Notes under the pieces: generated by a model
Seen by the model: only the letters and a program-made list of their open reading frames with translations
Told to the model about the DNA's origin: nothing
Database searches by the model: none
Source of the DNA: an archaeon
Lineage (GTDB): Archaea > Nanobdellota > Nanobdellia > Pacearchaeales > GW2011-AR1
Assembly (NCBI GenBank): GCA_038121585.1
Contig: JAYONY010000003.1
Location: 25,866 to 89,865, forward strand
DNA length: 64,000 nt
Reading direction: 5' to 3'
Shown: one piece after another, positions 1 to 9,874 of the stretch
Position numbering within the stretch: position 1 is the first letter of the stretch
Layout of the letters: every line of letters begins with the position of its first letter
Made by a program: the position numbers and the translations under genes

Positions 1-71
1 CCTGCCTCTACAGCAGTCATATTCTTCCCAACTTCATTATACCCACCAATAGGGTGTATCGTGATGCTCAT
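1..71 (-). CDS. rnj: RNase J family metallo-beta-lactamase ribonuclease, N-terminus (partial, runs off window)
   Basis: Reverse complement from ATG at 71 reads MSITIHPIGGYNEVGKNMTAVEA, matching the GGxxE(V/I)GKNMT start motif of RNase J. Confidence 0.8.
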   Translation of the reverse strand, partial: MSITIHPIGGYNEVGKNMTAVEA

Positions 72-183
72 GCTAGTAATGGATACCCTCTTTTTCTTCT
101 GCTAGTACACATCATGAGTTTTTATAGCTTACCTGCAAGACACACTTCACAAACTATTTATACGCTCAAACGTTATTTTGATT

Positions 184-1029
184 ATGCGCGTACACATCAA
201 TGTATTGTATGGGCTTATAGTGGTGTTACTAATGCTCAATATTGTTTCGTTTGTTAGCATGAGCTCACACGCTTCTCGCATCGTTTCAGACCAAGAACGT
301 TTGCGAGACGATCTTGATGACTATATTGCTGAAGTACGACAAGAAAATCAAGGGAATGTTAATGAAATTGTCAGAATTATTGCCCGTCAAAACGAAGCTA
401 TAGCACTACAACGAACTGACTTCACAACTGAAATTCAAGAATTACGAGTCTCACAAGACAGCGGTTTCTCAGAGGTTATCGCACCAGCTATTCAAAGCAC
501 TGTTAGTATTCGAACTGATAGATCAACAGGCACAGGTTTCTTTGTCACTCCTGACGGCTATATTATAACTAACAACCATGTCATTAACGGAGCAGACTTT
601 GTATTAGTAGAATTATATGATGATACAACACTCGAAGCTGAAATTATAGGTGTTGATACCGTAACTGATGTTGCACTCCTTAAAGTACCTGGAACATTCA
701 CGTATTTTGAACTCGCCAATTCAGACAGTGTTTCAATCGGTTCAGCAGTTATTGCAGTGGGCAACCCATTAGGGCTTGCATTCACCGTAACTGAAGGAAT
801 TGTTTCAGCAACAAACCGTCAAGGACCAAATGGCCTTTACTCCTATATTCAAACTGATGTTACACTTAACCCCGGAAATTCCGGAGGACCGCTCATAAAC
901 CGCGAAGGAGCCGTTATTGGCATTAATAATTTCAAAATTGGAGGTGCTGAAAGTCTTGGTTTTGCGCTTGAGAGCAATGTTGCACGAGAAATTGCAAATA
1001 GCCTCGCTGACCAAGAACTCGTTCCGTAA
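184..1029 (+). CDS. Membrane-anchored trypsin-like (HtrA/DegP-type) serine protease without PDZ domain
   Basis: N-terminal TM, coiled coil, GTGF, TNNHV, DVALL, GNPLG, TDVTLNPGNSGGPL motifs. Confidence 0.9.
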   Translation: MRVHINVLYGLIVVLLMLNIVSFVSMSSHASRIVSDQERLRDDLDDYIAEVRQENQGNVNEIVRIIARQNEAIALQRTDFTTEIQELRVSQDSGFSEVIAPAIQSTVSIRTDRSTGTGFFVTPDGYIITNNHVINGADFVLVELYDDTTLEAEIIGVDTVTDVALLKVPGTFTYFELANSDSVSIGSAVIAVGNPLGLAFTVTEGIVSATNRQGPNGLYSYIQTDVTLNPGNSGGPLINREGAVIGINNFKIGGAESLGFALESNVAREIANSLADQELVP

Positions 1030-1304
1030 TGGTCTTAAAAACACGCCCTTCAGCACGATTGCATCGCCGATACTTACTCATTGAAGGATCTCGCAAAGCT
1101 ATTGAAGCAGCAATACTCGAGTATATTGGCACACTTGGTTGGGCGAAAGCAGCACCACTCTTTGTAAAGAAACATGCTGGAGCACACGTCCTTGCAATAC
1201 GACGAGAATCACTTGATGTTGTGCGCGGAGCGTTTGCTGTAACCGCAGATACCATTATCGTGAAAAAAGTGTCTGGCACGCTCAAAGGGCTTGGCGTACA
1301 ATGA
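1029..1304 (+). CDS. rnp2: RNase P protein Rpp14/Pop5
   Basis: RPSxR..RRYLL N-terminus, VSGTLK C-terminus, position near psmA. Confidence 0.8.
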   Translation: MVLKTRPSARLHRRYLLIEGSRKAIEAAILEYIGTLGWAKAAPLFVKKHAGAHVLAIRRESLDVVRGAFAVTADTIIVKKVSGTLKGLGVQ

Positions 1305-1687
1305 AAAAAACACACATTATTCTCTTAGCGGCGAGTATTGTAGTTGCAATAGTTGTTTTATTAGGATTTGGACTACTCAACCAAGACATCCCCCATGCAT
1401 GTACTGCCGATGCAAAGCTCTGTCCTGATGGAAGCTCAGTTGGACGTGATCCAGACAATAACTGCTCATTTTATCCCTGTCCTGAAGATGATATAGTGTA
1501 CTGTCAACCAGACGAACGCAACGTTGGAGCATGTATTGAAATATACCAACCAGTATGCGGCTATTTTGACCCTGAAGAAATCGTGTGTGTAACCGCACCA
1601 TGTGCCGTAACCTTCTCAAACAGTTGCTTTGCGTGTGACGATCCAACCATACTCTACTATACCCAAGGAGAATGCGAATTTGCATGA
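1301..1687 (+). CDS. Membrane-anchored Cys-rich protein with Kazal-like motif
   Basis: TM, CTADAKLCPDGSSVGR motif, CIEIYQPVCG...TFSNSCFAC. Confidence 0.7.
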   Translation: MKKTHIILLAASIVVAIVVLLGFGLLNQDIPHACTADAKLCPDGSSVGRDPDNNCSFYPCPEDDIVYCQPDERNVGACIEIYQPVCGYFDPEEIVCVTAPCAVTFSNSCFACDDPTILYYTQGECEFA

Positions 1688-1874
1688 AGTTGCACAATGT
1701 TTAAATACAAAGCACATTTGAGGAAAGTATTCTAAACGAGTCGTGTAATATGGAAACATAAAAATCTTCGATTTTTAGCATCCATTTTTGCACGAGAGGA
1801 AAAAAACACCAAAATGGAAACAAAGACAATGAAACATTCTCAAGCCTCCATCTTACAAGGAGGAAGCCAGTAAA

Positions 1875-2600
1875 ATGGAGATGCCAACAGAAATGCAGCA
1901 CCAGGCGATGGGATACGACCGCGCCGCAACAATGTTTTCCCCAGACGGGTTACTTCTGCAAGTAGAATATGCTGAGAAAGCAGTTCGCCTTGGAAGCAGC
2001 AGTGTAGGGCTCGTATGTAAGGATGGCGTTGTAGTTGTTGCTGACCGACGAATCAGAGATAAACTCATCGCTCCTGAGTCAGCTAATAAGATTTTTGAAA
2101 TTGATGAACACATTATTGCAACCGCAGCAGGCATCACTTCAGACGCTCGAATCCTTGTTGACAATGCACAAGTACTCGCACAACAACACCGCGTAACCTA
2201 TGATTCGCCAGTTCAGCCAGTCGATGTAATCCGAATGCTTGCAGATAAGAAACAAATGGCAACACAATACGGAGGCATGCGACCGTTTGGCATTGCACTC
2301 ATGCTAGCAGGCGTTAACGGAGGACAACCACACCTGTATGCTACTGATGTTACAGGAGGCTACCTAGCATATCGTGCTAATGCGATTGGAGAAAACGATG
2401 AGCAGATTAAGGAAAAACTCCGTAGCGACTTCAAAGACTCAATGACTGTCGATCAAGGAATAGCCTTTATCTTTGGCATTTTCAAAGAAATACTTGAAAA
2501 AAACTTTGATGTTAATCGATTTGACGTCGGCTACATCTTAAAAGAAGATCACAAACTCGTGAGAATGCACGGCGAAGCTTTGAAAAAGTATGTTAAGTAA
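1875..2600 (+). CDS. psmA: Proteasome subunit alpha
   Basis: GYDRAATMFSPDGLLLQVEYA signature, RPFG; GGAGG SD upstream. Confidence 0.97.
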   Translation: MEMPTEMQHQAMGYDRAATMFSPDGLLLQVEYAEKAVRLGSSSVGLVCKDGVVVVADRRIRDKLIAPESANKIFEIDEHIIATAAGITSDARILVDNAQVLAQQHRVTYDSPVQPVDVIRMLADKKQMATQYGGMRPFGIALMLAGVNGGQPHLYATDVTGGYLAYRANAIGENDEQIKEKLRSDFKDSMTVDQGIAFIFGIFKEILEKNFDVNRFDVGYILKEDHKLVRMHGEALKKYVK

Positions 2601-2652
2601 TTTCTGAATACGAATCAATACGTTTTAATACCTTATTTATCGACGATAATCT

Positions 2653-3138
2653 ATGCAAAACGGCACAAACTACTATCATATTCCAAATACTCCTTTTCAT
2701 TTCCTTGGATGGTCTAAAGAAGAGATTATTGCGACTGCGAAGATTGTTCTAGCAGAAAACAAATCCTTACGTGATAAAGCAGTAGTGCCATAACCTTCAG
2801 AGATAGAAAAAAGGGCTGATTCAAAAATTGTTTCAGCACTCCCATCATATAAGACGGGCCAATTTCTTGAGGCGAAAATTTTGGATGATGCCACTATGAA
2901 AGTTAACGCGAATGCATTTGATTATGTACGTAAAACAGTACAACACCCCCTTCGCCTTAGAATTGGATTTCACCACCTTTTTGATTCTGGAGCAACCGGT
3001 ACATGGTATCTGGGCAATGAAGTTATGCAAGCTGCCAAAGCGTATAACTGGAACCAACACACCTCCCAAGTTGACCAGTGGTTAGGCTCAAGAGAACAAA
3101 TACTTGATAGTCTTAACGACTATTTTCATCGAGAGTAA
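2653..3138 (+). pseudogene. Hypothetical protein interrupted by an in-frame TAA (2791-2793)
   Basis: ATG 2653 is in the same frame as ORF 2881..3138; a single stop lies between them. Confidence 0.55.
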
Positions 3139-3182
3139 TCGAGTGCAGATACTTTTATAAAAAAGCTTTTTTGATATATACC

Positions 3183-3857
3183 ATGCCTAATGTTGAAGCA
3201 CGCATTAAAGTGAAAGGAAAACAATATGAAATTTCCGTTGATGTAGATGAAGCCTTGAAGCTTAAGAAAGGTGATGGTGACATCACTGCAGCACTTAATT
3301 CTACTGCAGTATACTACGATTTACGCAAAGGGACAACCGTTTCTAATGATGACCTAATGGAAGCGTTTGGAACCACTGACATATACGAAATTGGGACTAA
3401 GATTATCAAAGATGGAGAAGTACAAAAGCCACAAGAATATCGTGATGCTGAACGAGAAGCTAAAATTAAGCAAGTTGTGGACCTTATAGTTCGTAATGCT
3501 GTTGACCAGAACGGTAATCCGTACACCGAAGAACGAATTAAGCGAGCGATTGATGAAGTGCACTATAACTTCGATAAACGCGCTCCTGAAGCACAAATGA
3601 ATGAAGTAGTCCACAAACTCAAAGAAATCTTACCGATTAAGATCGATACTAAACGCCTTAAATTGACAGTTCCAGCACAATACACTGGCCAAGCGTATGG
3701 CCTCTTTAAAGACTACAAAGAAAAAGAAGAATGGCTCCCTAATGGAGATTTACAAGTGATTATTAGCATTCCAGCAGGCCTTCAGATTGATTTCTTTGAA
3801 AAAATTAATGCTGTAGCACATGGCGCTATCCAATCTGAAGAGCTCTCAACAGAGTAG
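3183..3857 (+). CDS. sdo1: Ribosome maturation factor SBDS/Sdo1
   Basis: ARIK..GKQYEI, AFGTTD, three-domain SBDS layout, position in exosome cluster. Confidence 0.92.
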   Translation: MPNVEARIKVKGKQYEISVDVDEALKLKKGDGDITAALNSTAVYYDLRKGTTVSNDDLMEAFGTTDIYEIGTKIIKDGEVQKPQEYRDAEREAKIKQVVDLIVRNAVDQNGNPYTEERIKRAIDEVHYNFDKRAPEAQMNEVVHKLKEILPIKIDTKRLKLTVPAQYTGQAYGLFKDYKEKEEWLPNGDLQVIISIPAGLQIDFFEKINAVAHGAIQSEELSTE

Positions 3858-3898
3858 TTATCGATGGCAACATTTTTTTTTTGACCCATCTAGTTTAG

Positions 3899-3963
3899 TA
3901 ATTAGTTAATTAGTGTATTTTATTTAGTAAAGTAATTAACTAATTAACCAAAAAATTTAAATA
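3899..3963 (+). promoter_or_regulatory. 14-bp perfect inverted repeat followed by BRE/TATA
   Basis: TAATTAGTTAATTA (3899-3912) / TAATTAACTAATTA (3933-3946), then AAAAAATTTAAATA. Confidence 0.55.
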
Positions 3964-4044
3964 GGCTAACGCATACAGAACAATAGAATTTGGGGTGTCA
4001 TGCTGAATTCTACAACAATACAAAAAAAGAGGTACAAAGGAGGA

Positions 4045-4851
4045 ATGATAACTTTGAAAAAGACAACTAACAGACTAGCGCTATTTGGGCTAGGTTTTTT
4101 CATGGTTCTTGCAATGTTCATGGTTTTTGCATCAGCACAACTAAACGGGGCTTCAGTAAGCGAAGTTAGAACTGAACGGGCGCAAAATGCATCACCAACA
4201 ACTGACGGTGCATATGCCGGAAACGTAACAGAACTAACGATTACTGGAACTTCCACCACACAATCCTGGCAAGGTTACTTTGGTAATGTTTCAGGAGCAA
4301 TTGAACTTGCAGATTCCTCAGGAAATGCGCTGTACAACTGGTCACTTGCAAATCCAAGTGGAGAAGTATACGCTTCAGTGAACGGGAGTATTACCTGGTC
4401 AAACATCCAGTGTTTCAACTTCACCGCAAGTGAAGCTGGAGGGGACGAGTCAGGTAACGGAGGAACTACGAATGCTCAAGGAATTAATGTTACAACACTT
4501 GAGACTCGATACGGCCTTGGTTCAACAGATACCGACGGAGTAGATGAAACATTTTCACTAGTTGGTTCAGTTCACGACGCATTTTTCACCGCAAGTCAAT
4601 CATTTAGCGCCGGGGAATGTCCAAGTACAGCATTATACGACAGTACTGGAGCAGGAGTTGATGGAAACTTTGAAGAAGCACTCTTGTACGAACCAGCTAC
4701 AGGAGCAGTAGTTTTCGCATCACTACTTGAGTCAGGAAGCGTGAATGGGTTTGATGGCTCAGACTATGACTTCGAAATGCTAGTACTTGAAGATGGCCAC
4801 TCAGGAGACGTGTCCACTACGACGTACTACTTCTTCGTAGAACTCGAATAA
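4045..4851 (+). CDS. Secreted hypothetical protein (Gly/Ser/Thr-rich, probably beta-rich; start uncertain)
   Basis: Signal peptide, AGGAGG SD, several NxS/T sites, T-rich terminator after stop. Confidence 0.75.
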   Translation: MITLKKTTNRLALFGLGFFMVLAMFMVFASAQLNGASVSEVRTERAQNASPTTDGAYAGNVTELTITGTSTTQSWQGYFGNVSGAIELADSSGNALYNWSLANPSGEVYASVNGSITWSNIQCFNFTASEAGGDESGNGGTTNAQGINVTTLETRYGLGSTDTDGVDETFSLVGSVHDAFFTASQSFSAGECPSTALYDSTGAGVDGNFEEALLYEPATGAVVFASLLESGSVNGFDGSDYDFEMLVLEDGHSGDVSTTTYYFFVELE

Positions 4852-4986
4852 ATTTAGATTTTTATTTTTTATAACCCTTTTTTCTTTTTATTTACCAAAA
4901 CTTTTAAAAAGCCCATCAAATTGGGAAGAGCGTACATAGAGAGAAGCAAACAATTATGATTACGCTTCAAAAGTACTGATTACGCA

Positions 4987-5706
4987 ATGAAAAACGAAAT
5001 TAACGAAGCACACGATAGCGCACCAGAAAGCGCACAGACACCTTCTAAAGAACGACGAATAGTCGTACCTGGCGAAATTATTGTTACAGGCGATGATTAC
5101 CTTCCTGGCGACGGCGTTGTTCGAGAAGGAGAAAAAATAGTGGCTCACCGGTACGGACTTGGAGAAGTAGTTGGTCGAGTCGTAAAGATTATTCCCTTGT
5201 CAGGAGCATTTGTACCACGACGAAATAATGTTGTACTAGGCCGCGTTGTAGACCTTACGCACAACGGCTGGTTAATTGATATTGATGCTGCAAGCAACGC
5301 ATTCCTCCCAATCGCTGAATCACCACGATTTATCAATAAGCATGAAATGGACCAATTCCTCGCAATTGGAGACATGGTAGCTGCTAAAATCTGGTCAGAA
5401 AGCGGCCGAGGAATAGACCTTAGCATGAAAGGAAAAGGCCTGGGTAAGCTTGAAGGCGGATTTGCATTTAGAATTAACCCAAGCAGAGTACCTCGCATTA
5501 TCGGACGCGAAGGAAGCATGATTAACCTTATTAAGGAACGAACAGGCTGTACAATCACTGTTGGCCAGAATGGTTGGGTTTGGGTACGAGGAGAAACACT
5601 AGACAAAGAAATACTCGCACGCAATGTTATCACCTTTGTGGCTGATAAAGTATATGTTGATGGATTAACAGACAAGGTAGAAGCCTGGTTTGAGGAGCAC
5701 AAATAA
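4987..5706 (+). CDS. rrp4: Exosome RNA-binding subunit Rrp4
   Basis: IVVPGE, S1 domain, KH motif VPRIIGREGSMI, GQNGWVW. Confidence 0.95.
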   Translation: MKNEINEAHDSAPESAQTPSKERRIVVPGEIIVTGDDYLPGDGVVREGEKIVAHRYGLGEVVGRVVKIIPLSGAFVPRRNNVVLGRVVDLTHNGWLIDIDAASNAFLPIAESPRFINKHEMDQFLAIGDMVAAKIWSESGRGIDLSMKGKGLGKLEGGFAFRINPSRVPRIIGREGSMINLIKERTGCTITVGQNGWVWVRGETLDKEILARNVITFVADKVYVDGLTDKVEAWFEEHK

Positions 5707-6407
5707 TGGTACAACGAACAGACGGTCGGAAAGCAGATGAACTACGCCCAGTAACAGCACAAGTAGGCGTAGTGCCAAATGCAGACGGATCAGCACTTTT
5801 CACACTTGGAAAAACAGTAGCTATTGCAGCAGTATACGGTCCTCGAGAACTCCACCCGCGAAACCAACAAGATCCTGCAACCGGCATCCTACGAGTTAAT
5901 TACGATCTATTAAGCTTTTCAGTAGCTGACAGAAAGCGACCGGGACCATCACGACGAAGTAAAGAAATTTCAAAAGTAACTGAATGGGCACTTACCCCTG
6001 CAGTTAAGATTGAAGAATTCAAGAACACAGTTATTGACGTACAGATTTATATTCTACAGGCAGATGCTAGTACGCGAACAGCAGGCATCAATGCTGCATC
6101 AATGGCACTAGCACATGCAGGCATCCCAATGCGTGACCTTGTAACAAGTGTTGCAATCGGTAAAATGGATAAAGACTTAGTTGTTGATGTTACAAAAGAA
6201 GAAGAAGACTATCACGAAGGAGAAGGAGCAACTGACTTTGCAATGGCAAAAATTGCTAACTCAGACGAATACACACTCCTACAACTCGACGGTAAAATTC
6301 AACCTGAAAAAATTAATGAAGCAGTGAAAATGGCAGATAAAGCATGTGCAGACCTCTATGAAATACAATCTAAAGCGCTTAAAGCAGTTGTGGAGGAAGG
6401 AAAATGA
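5706..6407 (+). CDS. rrp41: Exosome subunit Rrp41
   Basis: RTDGRKADELRP, ADGSA, VYGPRE, RRSKEIS, QADASTR. Confidence 0.97.
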   Translation: MVQRTDGRKADELRPVTAQVGVVPNADGSALFTLGKTVAIAAVYGPRELHPRNQQDPATGILRVNYDLLSFSVADRKRPGPSRRSKEISKVTEWALTPAVKIEEFKNTVIDVQIYILQADASTRTAGINAASMALAHAGIPMRDLVTSVAIGKMDKDLVVDVTKEEEDYHEGEGATDFAMAKIANSDEYTLLQLDGKIQPEKINEAVKMADKACADLYEIQSKALKAVVEEGK

Positions 6408-7240
6408 GCTCAATGAATATTTCAAACCTAACACGTGATATGATGCGAAAAATGTTCGCAGAAGGAAAGCGATTTGACGGACGAGGACTTACAGACCTTG
6501 ATGATTTCAGCGTAGAATACAAAGTAAGTAACAAAGCAGAAGGATCAGCACGCGTACGCCTTGGGAAAACAGACGTTATCGCAGGTGTGAAAATGGAACT
6601 TGGAACACCCTACTCCGACAGCCCTAACAAAGGAAACCTCATGGTATCAGGCGATTTATTGCCTTTAGCATCCCCACGATACGAACACGGACCACCCAAG
6701 TTTGATGCTATAGAACTACCACGACTTATTGATCGAGCAATTCGAGAGTGCGGGCTCATTGACTTTGAAAAACTCTGCGTAGAACCAGGAGAAAAAGTTT
6801 GGACGATAATCGTAGACATTTACCCACTTAATGATGATGGAGCAGTTATTGATGCGGCAAGTATTGCAACAATCGCAGCACTTCGAAACGCTAGAATACC
6901 AGGCATTAAAGAAAGCGGAGCAGTCGATTATGAAAACATGACAGACCAGAAGCTACCACTCCACCCAGACGTGAACCCTATATCATTCACTTTCTATAAA
7001 CTTGATAATTCCCTCTACCTCCACCCAACACGAGAAGAAGAAGAAGCAGCAGAAGCAAAAGTTGTTTGGGGAATTAGCAAATGGCATGATGGCCAGTACA
7101 TGATTAACTCCTGTCAGAAAGGCCTCATTACACCGTTTAGTGCTGAAGAGGTAGCTACCATGATGAAACTCATTACTGAGCGATACGATCAGCTCCTAAA
7201 GAAACTTGATGTATACCTTAAGGAGGGTTCTTCAGGCTGA
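6404..7240 (+). CDS. rrp42: Exosome subunit Rrp42
   Basis: GKRFDGR, KAEGSARVRLGKT, IELPRLIDRAIRE. Confidence 0.96.
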   Translation: MSSMNISNLTRDMMRKMFAEGKRFDGRGLTDLDDFSVEYKVSNKAEGSARVRLGKTDVIAGVKMELGTPYSDSPNKGNLMVSGDLLPLASPRYEHGPPKFDAIELPRLIDRAIRECGLIDFEKLCVEPGEKVWTIIVDIYPLNDDGAVIDAASIATIAALRNARIPGIKESGAVDYENMTDQKLPLHPDVNPISFTFYKLDNSLYLHPTREEEEAAEAKVVWGISKWHDGQYMINSCQKGLITPFSAEEVATMMKLITERYDQLLKKLDVYLKEGSSG

Positions 7241-7310
7241 TCAAGAATGCCATTGTCACCATTCTCGACATAATGGCAAAGCTTAAGAAGGATCTTGAGT
7301 AATCACCACT

Positions 7311-7697
7311 ATGACTCAGAAACACCAATTTACCCAATACGAAGTTGCACGCATTATTGGAGCGCGAGCGTTACAAATCGCAATGGACGCACCACTCCTC
7401 ATGGACATTCCTAAAGATGAACTTGAAACAATGCACTATGATGCTATACGCATTGCAGAGAAAGAATTCAAGTCAGGCGTACTACCAATCTCCGTTAATC
7501 GACCACTACCTGGCAAGAAACACGATAAGCTTGAAGCAGTAAAGGAAGACAAGATTGATGACGCAAAAATAATCGCGAAAGAACGAGAAATCGAGCGAGA
7601 AATCAGTGAGAAAGCTGAAGAAATGGGCTTTGCATCAGAAGATGAAGGTGATGAAGCACGAGCTAAAGCATCAGAAGCAGAAGAGAAAAATCTTTAG
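7311..7697 (+). CDS. rpoK: RNA polymerase subunit K (Rpo6) with charged C-terminal extension
   Basis: TQYEVARIIGARALQIAMDAP. Confidence 0.95.
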   Translation: MTQKHQFTQYEVARIIGARALQIAMDAPLLMDIPKDELETMHYDAIRIAEKEFKSGVLPISVNRPLPGKKHDKLEAVKEDKIDDAKIIAKEREIEREISEKAEEMGFASEDEGDEARAKASEAEEKNL

Positions 7698-7742
7698 GTT
7701 TCTATATAAAAACTTATAAATGAGACACTTTTTTATTCGCAA

Positions 7743-8549
7743 ATGCGAGAGAGCCAAAAGTTAAGTCATGAGAAAAAAGTTCATGAGGACTATTATACTA
7801 CTGATCAAAACACACATTCTATGAGGTATCAATGGTACGTTAAGAAATTCTTTATGAATGTTCATTCTAAAAAAATTTTAGAAATTGGCTGTGGTGATGG
7901 AGGAGTGATTAATTTTTTAAAAGAAACTAATGAAGTACACTCAGTTGATATCTCTGCAAGTGCGGTCTCACAACTAAAGAAAAAAGGGATTCCTGCAAAA
8001 CAAGTAGACATTAGCAATGAATCACTACCCTACAAAAAAGCAACATTTGACTATGTTATAATCCTTGAAACCCTTGAACATCTTAAATCCCCCCATCACG
8101 CAATTGAGGAGATTCAAAGAGTCCTAAAAGAACGAGGAATGATGATTTGTTCAGTACCTAACCCCCGAACAGAACACCCCCTTATGTATCCTGCATTATT
8201 TACGTTTAAAAATTTTAAAAAGTACCTTGAGAACAGCGGATTTACTATTCAAACTGCAACAACGTATGGCATTTGCCCACCAATGTGGAGAGTGCTTAGA
8301 CATCGAATCACAAAAAACTGGAAAGCAGAAAAAAACAAAATTGCACCCATAACCGACTTAAAAAAAGAAGCATCACAACCCCTCCCCCTACTAACAAGAA
8401 TTGCAAGAATTGCATCAACCGATGCATTCAGCATGATAAAACCTACTTTTCTAGGCTGGAGCTTTGTATATGCAGGTATTAATTCAGACGCTCATGGAGC
8501 AAAAAAGCTCTATGAAACAATAGCAAATGAGACAAAAGGAGCATACTAG
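7743..8549 (+). CDS. Class I SAM-dependent methyltransferase
   Basis: ILEIGCGDG, FDYV..ETLEHL, SVPN. Confidence 0.88.
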   Translation: MRESQKLSHEKKVHEDYYTTDQNTHSMRYQWYVKKFFMNVHSKKILEIGCGDGGVINFLKETNEVHSVDISASAVSQLKKKGIPAKQVDISNESLPYKKATFDYVIILETLEHLKSPHHAIEEIQRVLKERGMMICSVPNPRTEHPLMYPALFTFKNFKKYLENSGFTIQTATTYGICPPMWRVLRHRITKNWKAEKNKIAPITDLKKEASQPLPLLTRIARIASTDAFSMIKPTFLGWSFVYAGINSDAHGAKKLYETIANETKGAY

Positions 8550-8599
8550 CCAAACCCCTACATTGTAAGCTTTATTAATTCTGTAATCTACAACTAGTA

Positions 8600-9760
8600 A
8601 TGATACTCAAAAAAGTGGTTGCGCGTGTTGTCAAAGACTCACGTGGACGAGATACGATTGGCGTTCGCGTCAATAATGGCCCAGAAGCAAGCGCTCCTGC
8701 AGGATCATCAGTCAGCGGATTTGCAAGCCCCTTGTGGTATGGATCACTTAAAGAAAGCAGTATGATACTGAATACATGGGACCTGCCACTAACGATTAAT
8801 TCATTTAGCGATCTTACAAAGCTTGAAGCGACACTCATCGCACAACATAAACTCAAACGAATCGAAGATTTTGGAGCAAATGTTTTGATGGCATTTGAAG
8901 GAGCAGTACTCAAAGCACTAGCTAAAGAACAAAAAAAATCTGTTTGGGAACTAATTAATCCGCGAGCTAGAAAAATGCCACGCCCCGTAGGCAACGTAGC
9001 AGGAGGCGGGTTACACACAGACTCACGAGGGGTTGTACCTGACTTTCAAGAATTCTTAATCATCCCACGAGAGAAAACATTTCGCGCAAATGTGAGTGCA
9101 ATGCAAGCAATTCATCGTAAACTCAAAAACTATTCGACAAAAATCATAAATGATGAAGGAGCATGGATAATCCCCATGCGAGAAGACCACCTCCTAGATC
9201 TTCTTGCACACATGGTACACCGCCACGATTTTGATTGTGACTTAGGACTTGATGTTGCAGCAAACTCATTGTATGAAGACGGTAAATACTACTACAGTAC
9301 CAAACATCTGCGACGGACACAACACGCAAAACAACTTCTTGCAATGACCTACAAGTACAATCTGCATTACGTAGAAGACCCCCTGCAAGAAAGAGATATG
9401 AAAGGATTTGCAACATTTACAAAAAACGCTCCTAAAAAAACACTAATCGTCGGTGATGATTTAATCGCCACACAACCCGAACGACTTGCGAAAGCAATAG
9501 CGTACAAAGCAATCAATGCAATCATTGTTAAACCAAATCAGCACGGTTCACTCTTGACCGTGCGCGAAATAATAAAATTGTGTAAAAAGAATGGCATCAA
9601 AACAATCATGTCACACCGTTCAGGCGAAACACTTGACAACGTACTAGCAGACTACGCATTTGGGATGGGAGTCGACTACGTTAAATTCGGAGTTGCTACA
9701 AAATGGCGAACAGCGAAGCTGAATCGCATGGTGGCGATTGAGCGATCGCTTAAGAAATAA
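8600..9760 (+). CDS. eno: Enolase (divergent)
   Basis: DSRG, FQEF, DEG, GLDVAA, VEDP, VGDDL, VKPNQ, SHRSGET. Confidence 0.92.
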   Translation: MILKKVVARVVKDSRGRDTIGVRVNNGPEASAPAGSSVSGFASPLWYGSLKESSMILNTWDLPLTINSFSDLTKLEATLIAQHKLKRIEDFGANVLMAFEGAVLKALAKEQKKSVWELINPRARKMPRPVGNVAGGGLHTDSRGVVPDFQEFLIIPREKTFRANVSAMQAIHRKLKNYSTKIINDEGAWIIPMREDHLLDLLAHMVHRHDFDCDLGLDVAANSLYEDGKYYYSTKHLRRTQHAKQLLAMTYKYNLHYVEDPLQERDMKGFATFTKNAPKKTLIVGDDLIATQPERLAKAIAYKAINAIIVKPNQHGSLLTVREIIKLCKKNGIKTIMSHRSGETLDNVLADYAFGMGVDYVKFGVATKWRTAKLNRMVAIERSLKK

Positions 9761-9874
9761 TAACCTTTAAATACAGACGATTTATCGATATCCTAATGAT
9801 CTACCCTCGAGGTAGTGGTTTGCAGGTACCGGCTGAAACAACCCCGGATTCACCCCTGCGCTTATTATAATACA

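Noticed and set aside
8600..9760. Enolase as a possible pseudo-enzyme
   Set aside because: Metal ligands and catalytic Lys, Glu and His motifs are present
9796..9860. 5S rRNA or C/D box sRNA upstream of rps2
   Set aside because: Too short for 5S and lacks a proper RUGAUGA box; kept only as a leader candidate
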